From Cyclobacteriaceae bacterium (lineage in GTDB: Bacteria > Bacteroidota > Bacteroidia > Cytophagales > Cyclobacteriaceae): a DNA stretch of 64,000 bases. Each line of letters begins with the position of its first letter. Positions within the stretch are counted from its first letter, which is position 1. Shown here one piece after another: positions 62,797 through 64,000 of the stretch. Below the pieces are notes generated by a model. That model searched no databases and was not told the origin of the DNA. It saw only the letters and a list, made by a program, of their open reading frames with translations. The stretch covers positions 14,829 through 78,828 of the forward strand of contig CAXXNX010000060.1 of the NCBI GenBank assembly GCA_963664285.2, given 5' to 3'. Both the position numbers and the translations under genes were made by a program.

Positions 62797-64000
62797 CCCG
62801 AAAAATTCATAGTAGACAATAAAAAACAGGCATAAATTGCTTATATTGAGATAGTTAGACAACAAAATAAGCAATTAATTTATGCCTGAATATAAGGAAA
62901 AAGATACCGTATTTTATCGAGGAAAACAAGCTTTTAAATTTGATTTTTCAGCATCAGCGATTAGCTCAGACGGAGCGATATTGTTAAGTGAAAAAGTAGA
63001 GAGAAAGACTGGTCTATTAAAAAGCTTCGCCGCACTGATTCCTGACTATCGAAACCCCTTTTTTATCGAATACACTTATGAAGAAATGCTTCGCCAACGG
63101 GTGTTTTTAATGATGCAGGGCTATCAGGATTGCAATGACGAACAAAAACTCCGAGAGGATCCGGTGATCCGTAAAGTACTAGATAGCGGATTATGTTCCC
63201 AGCCTACTTTAAGTCGATTTGAAAACAAGGCCGATCGGAGTCTGATCTACCAGATGAGTCAATGGTTTGTAGACCGTTATGTAGAGGAGTTGAAAGAGAA
63301 GACTGGTCAAATCATCATTGATGTAGATGGTACCGATGACCCTACTCATGGATCCCAACAACTCAGTTTGTATAATGGCTATTATGGACAGACTATGTAC
63401 CATGAGTTGTTCTTTAAGGACGGGAACACCGGTCAGGTCATTTTACCAGTACTACGTCCGGGCAATTGTCACTCCAACAAATGGTTTGTGGCCTTATTGA
63501 AAAGGATTGTCATTAAAATCAGAAAAAAACTGCCCTCAGTAAAGATCCTTATTCGAGCGGATAGTGGCTTTTCAGGAGCATCTTTTTATCGGATAGCTAA
63601 GCAGTTTGACCTTCAATTTTGTTTAGGTATTAGTAGTAATGAAGTTTTAAAGACTTTTACCAAACAGACTATCATTGAAGTAAAAAAGGAATATGCTTCA
63701 AAAATCATCAAACATCAAGAGTTTGTTGGCCCGTTTACTTACCAGGCCAAAAGCTGGGATCGTTCTGAAAAGCTGTACGCCAAAGTGGAGTCTACCGGAA
63801 AAGGAATGAATGTCCGTTACTTTGTGAGCAACTTTGAAGCGATGACCGCTCAACAGATTTACTTTGATTTTTATGTCAAGCGAGGTGATGCCAGTGAAAA
63901 TCGAATAAAGGAACTCAAAAACATGACTTATTCCGACCGGCTTTCCTGTCATCGCTACTGGGCCAATTTTATGCGTTTAATCATCGCTACCCTCTGTTAT
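62793..64000 (+). mobile_element. IS1380-family-like IS, copy J (runs off the window)
   Basis: TTAA at 62793-62796, then CCCGAAAAATTCATAG from 62797. It matches the consensus to the window end. Confidence 0.9.
62882..64000 (+). CDS. IS1380-family-like DDE transposase, partial at window edge
   Basis: ATG at 62882. The frame stays open and matches the consensus through 64000. It is not in the ORF track because no stop is reached. Confidence 0.8.
   Translation, partial: MPEYKEKDTVFYRGKQAFKFDFSASAISSDGAILLSEKVERKTGLLKSFAALIPDYRNPFFIEYTYEEMLRQRVFLMMQGYQDCNDEQKLREDPVIRKVLDSGLCSQPTLSRFENKADRSLIYQMSQWFVDRYVEELKEKTGQIIIDVDGTDDPTHGSQQLSLYNGYYGQTMYHELFFKDGNTGQVILPVLRPGNCHSNKWFVALLKRIVIKIRKKLPSVKILIRADSGFSGASFYRIAKQFDLQFCLGISSNEVLKTFTKQTIIEVKKEYASKIIKHQEFVGPFTYQAKSWDRSEKLYAKVESTGKGMNVRYFVSNFEAMTAQQIYFDFYVKRGDASENRIKELKNMTYSDRLSCHRYWANFMRLIIATLCY

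Noticed and set aside
1-64000. Search for rRNA, tRNA, CRISPR arrays, and defence or toxin-antitoxin style operons.
   Set aside because: I saw no T-loop-like GGTTCGAATCC contexts or cloverleaf candidates in the intergenic spacers, and no short regularly spaced direct repeats. No ORF carries nuclease, helicase, methylase or reverse transcriptase hallmarks apart from the transposases.

Overview
This is an AT-rich chromosomal segment that looks like Bacteroidota. The hints are a T9SS-type C-terminal sorting domain, a FecR/ECF-sigma remnant, a Fibrobacter-succinogenes-paralogous-domain protein, and a PSCyt/DUF1553/DUF1501 gene set. Two things dominate the window. (1) One 1,621-bp insertion sequence has bloomed. 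It has a single 438-aa DDE transposase that I recognise as IS1380-family-like, imperfect terminal inverted repeats starting CCCG, and TTAA at almost every junction. I count ten copies or fragments (labelled A-J), about 15 kb or roughly a quarter of the window, including an IS-in-IS nest. Three other IS types are also present: two IS200/IS605 tnpA elements, one IS630 element and one IS1595 remnant. (2) Gene decay is heavy. About two dozen genes are IS-split, truncated to fragments, frameshifted or carry in-frame stops. They sit between clearly intact housekeeping and transport genes (aroQ, SulP, NSS transporter, MocR regulator, XdhC, amidohydrolase, aldo/keto reductase, GT2, FkbM methyltransferase and others). 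I found no rRNA, tRNA or CRISPR array and no coherent multi-gene candidate for a new defence or secretion-type system. The most unusual items are a deletion-riddled IS copy nested inside an essentially pristine copy, an identical IS-in-IS junction at two loci, a start-codon-sequestering hairpin in the IS leader, a GC-rich structured island of unknown nature at about 48.8-49.0 kb, a REP-like palindromic repeat family, and a PdxR-box-like inverted repeat in front of the MocR regulator. Most frameshifts lie in short homopolymers, so read-level verification is needed. However, nonsense substitutions, gene fragments and the uneven distribution of lesions argue that much of the decay is real.
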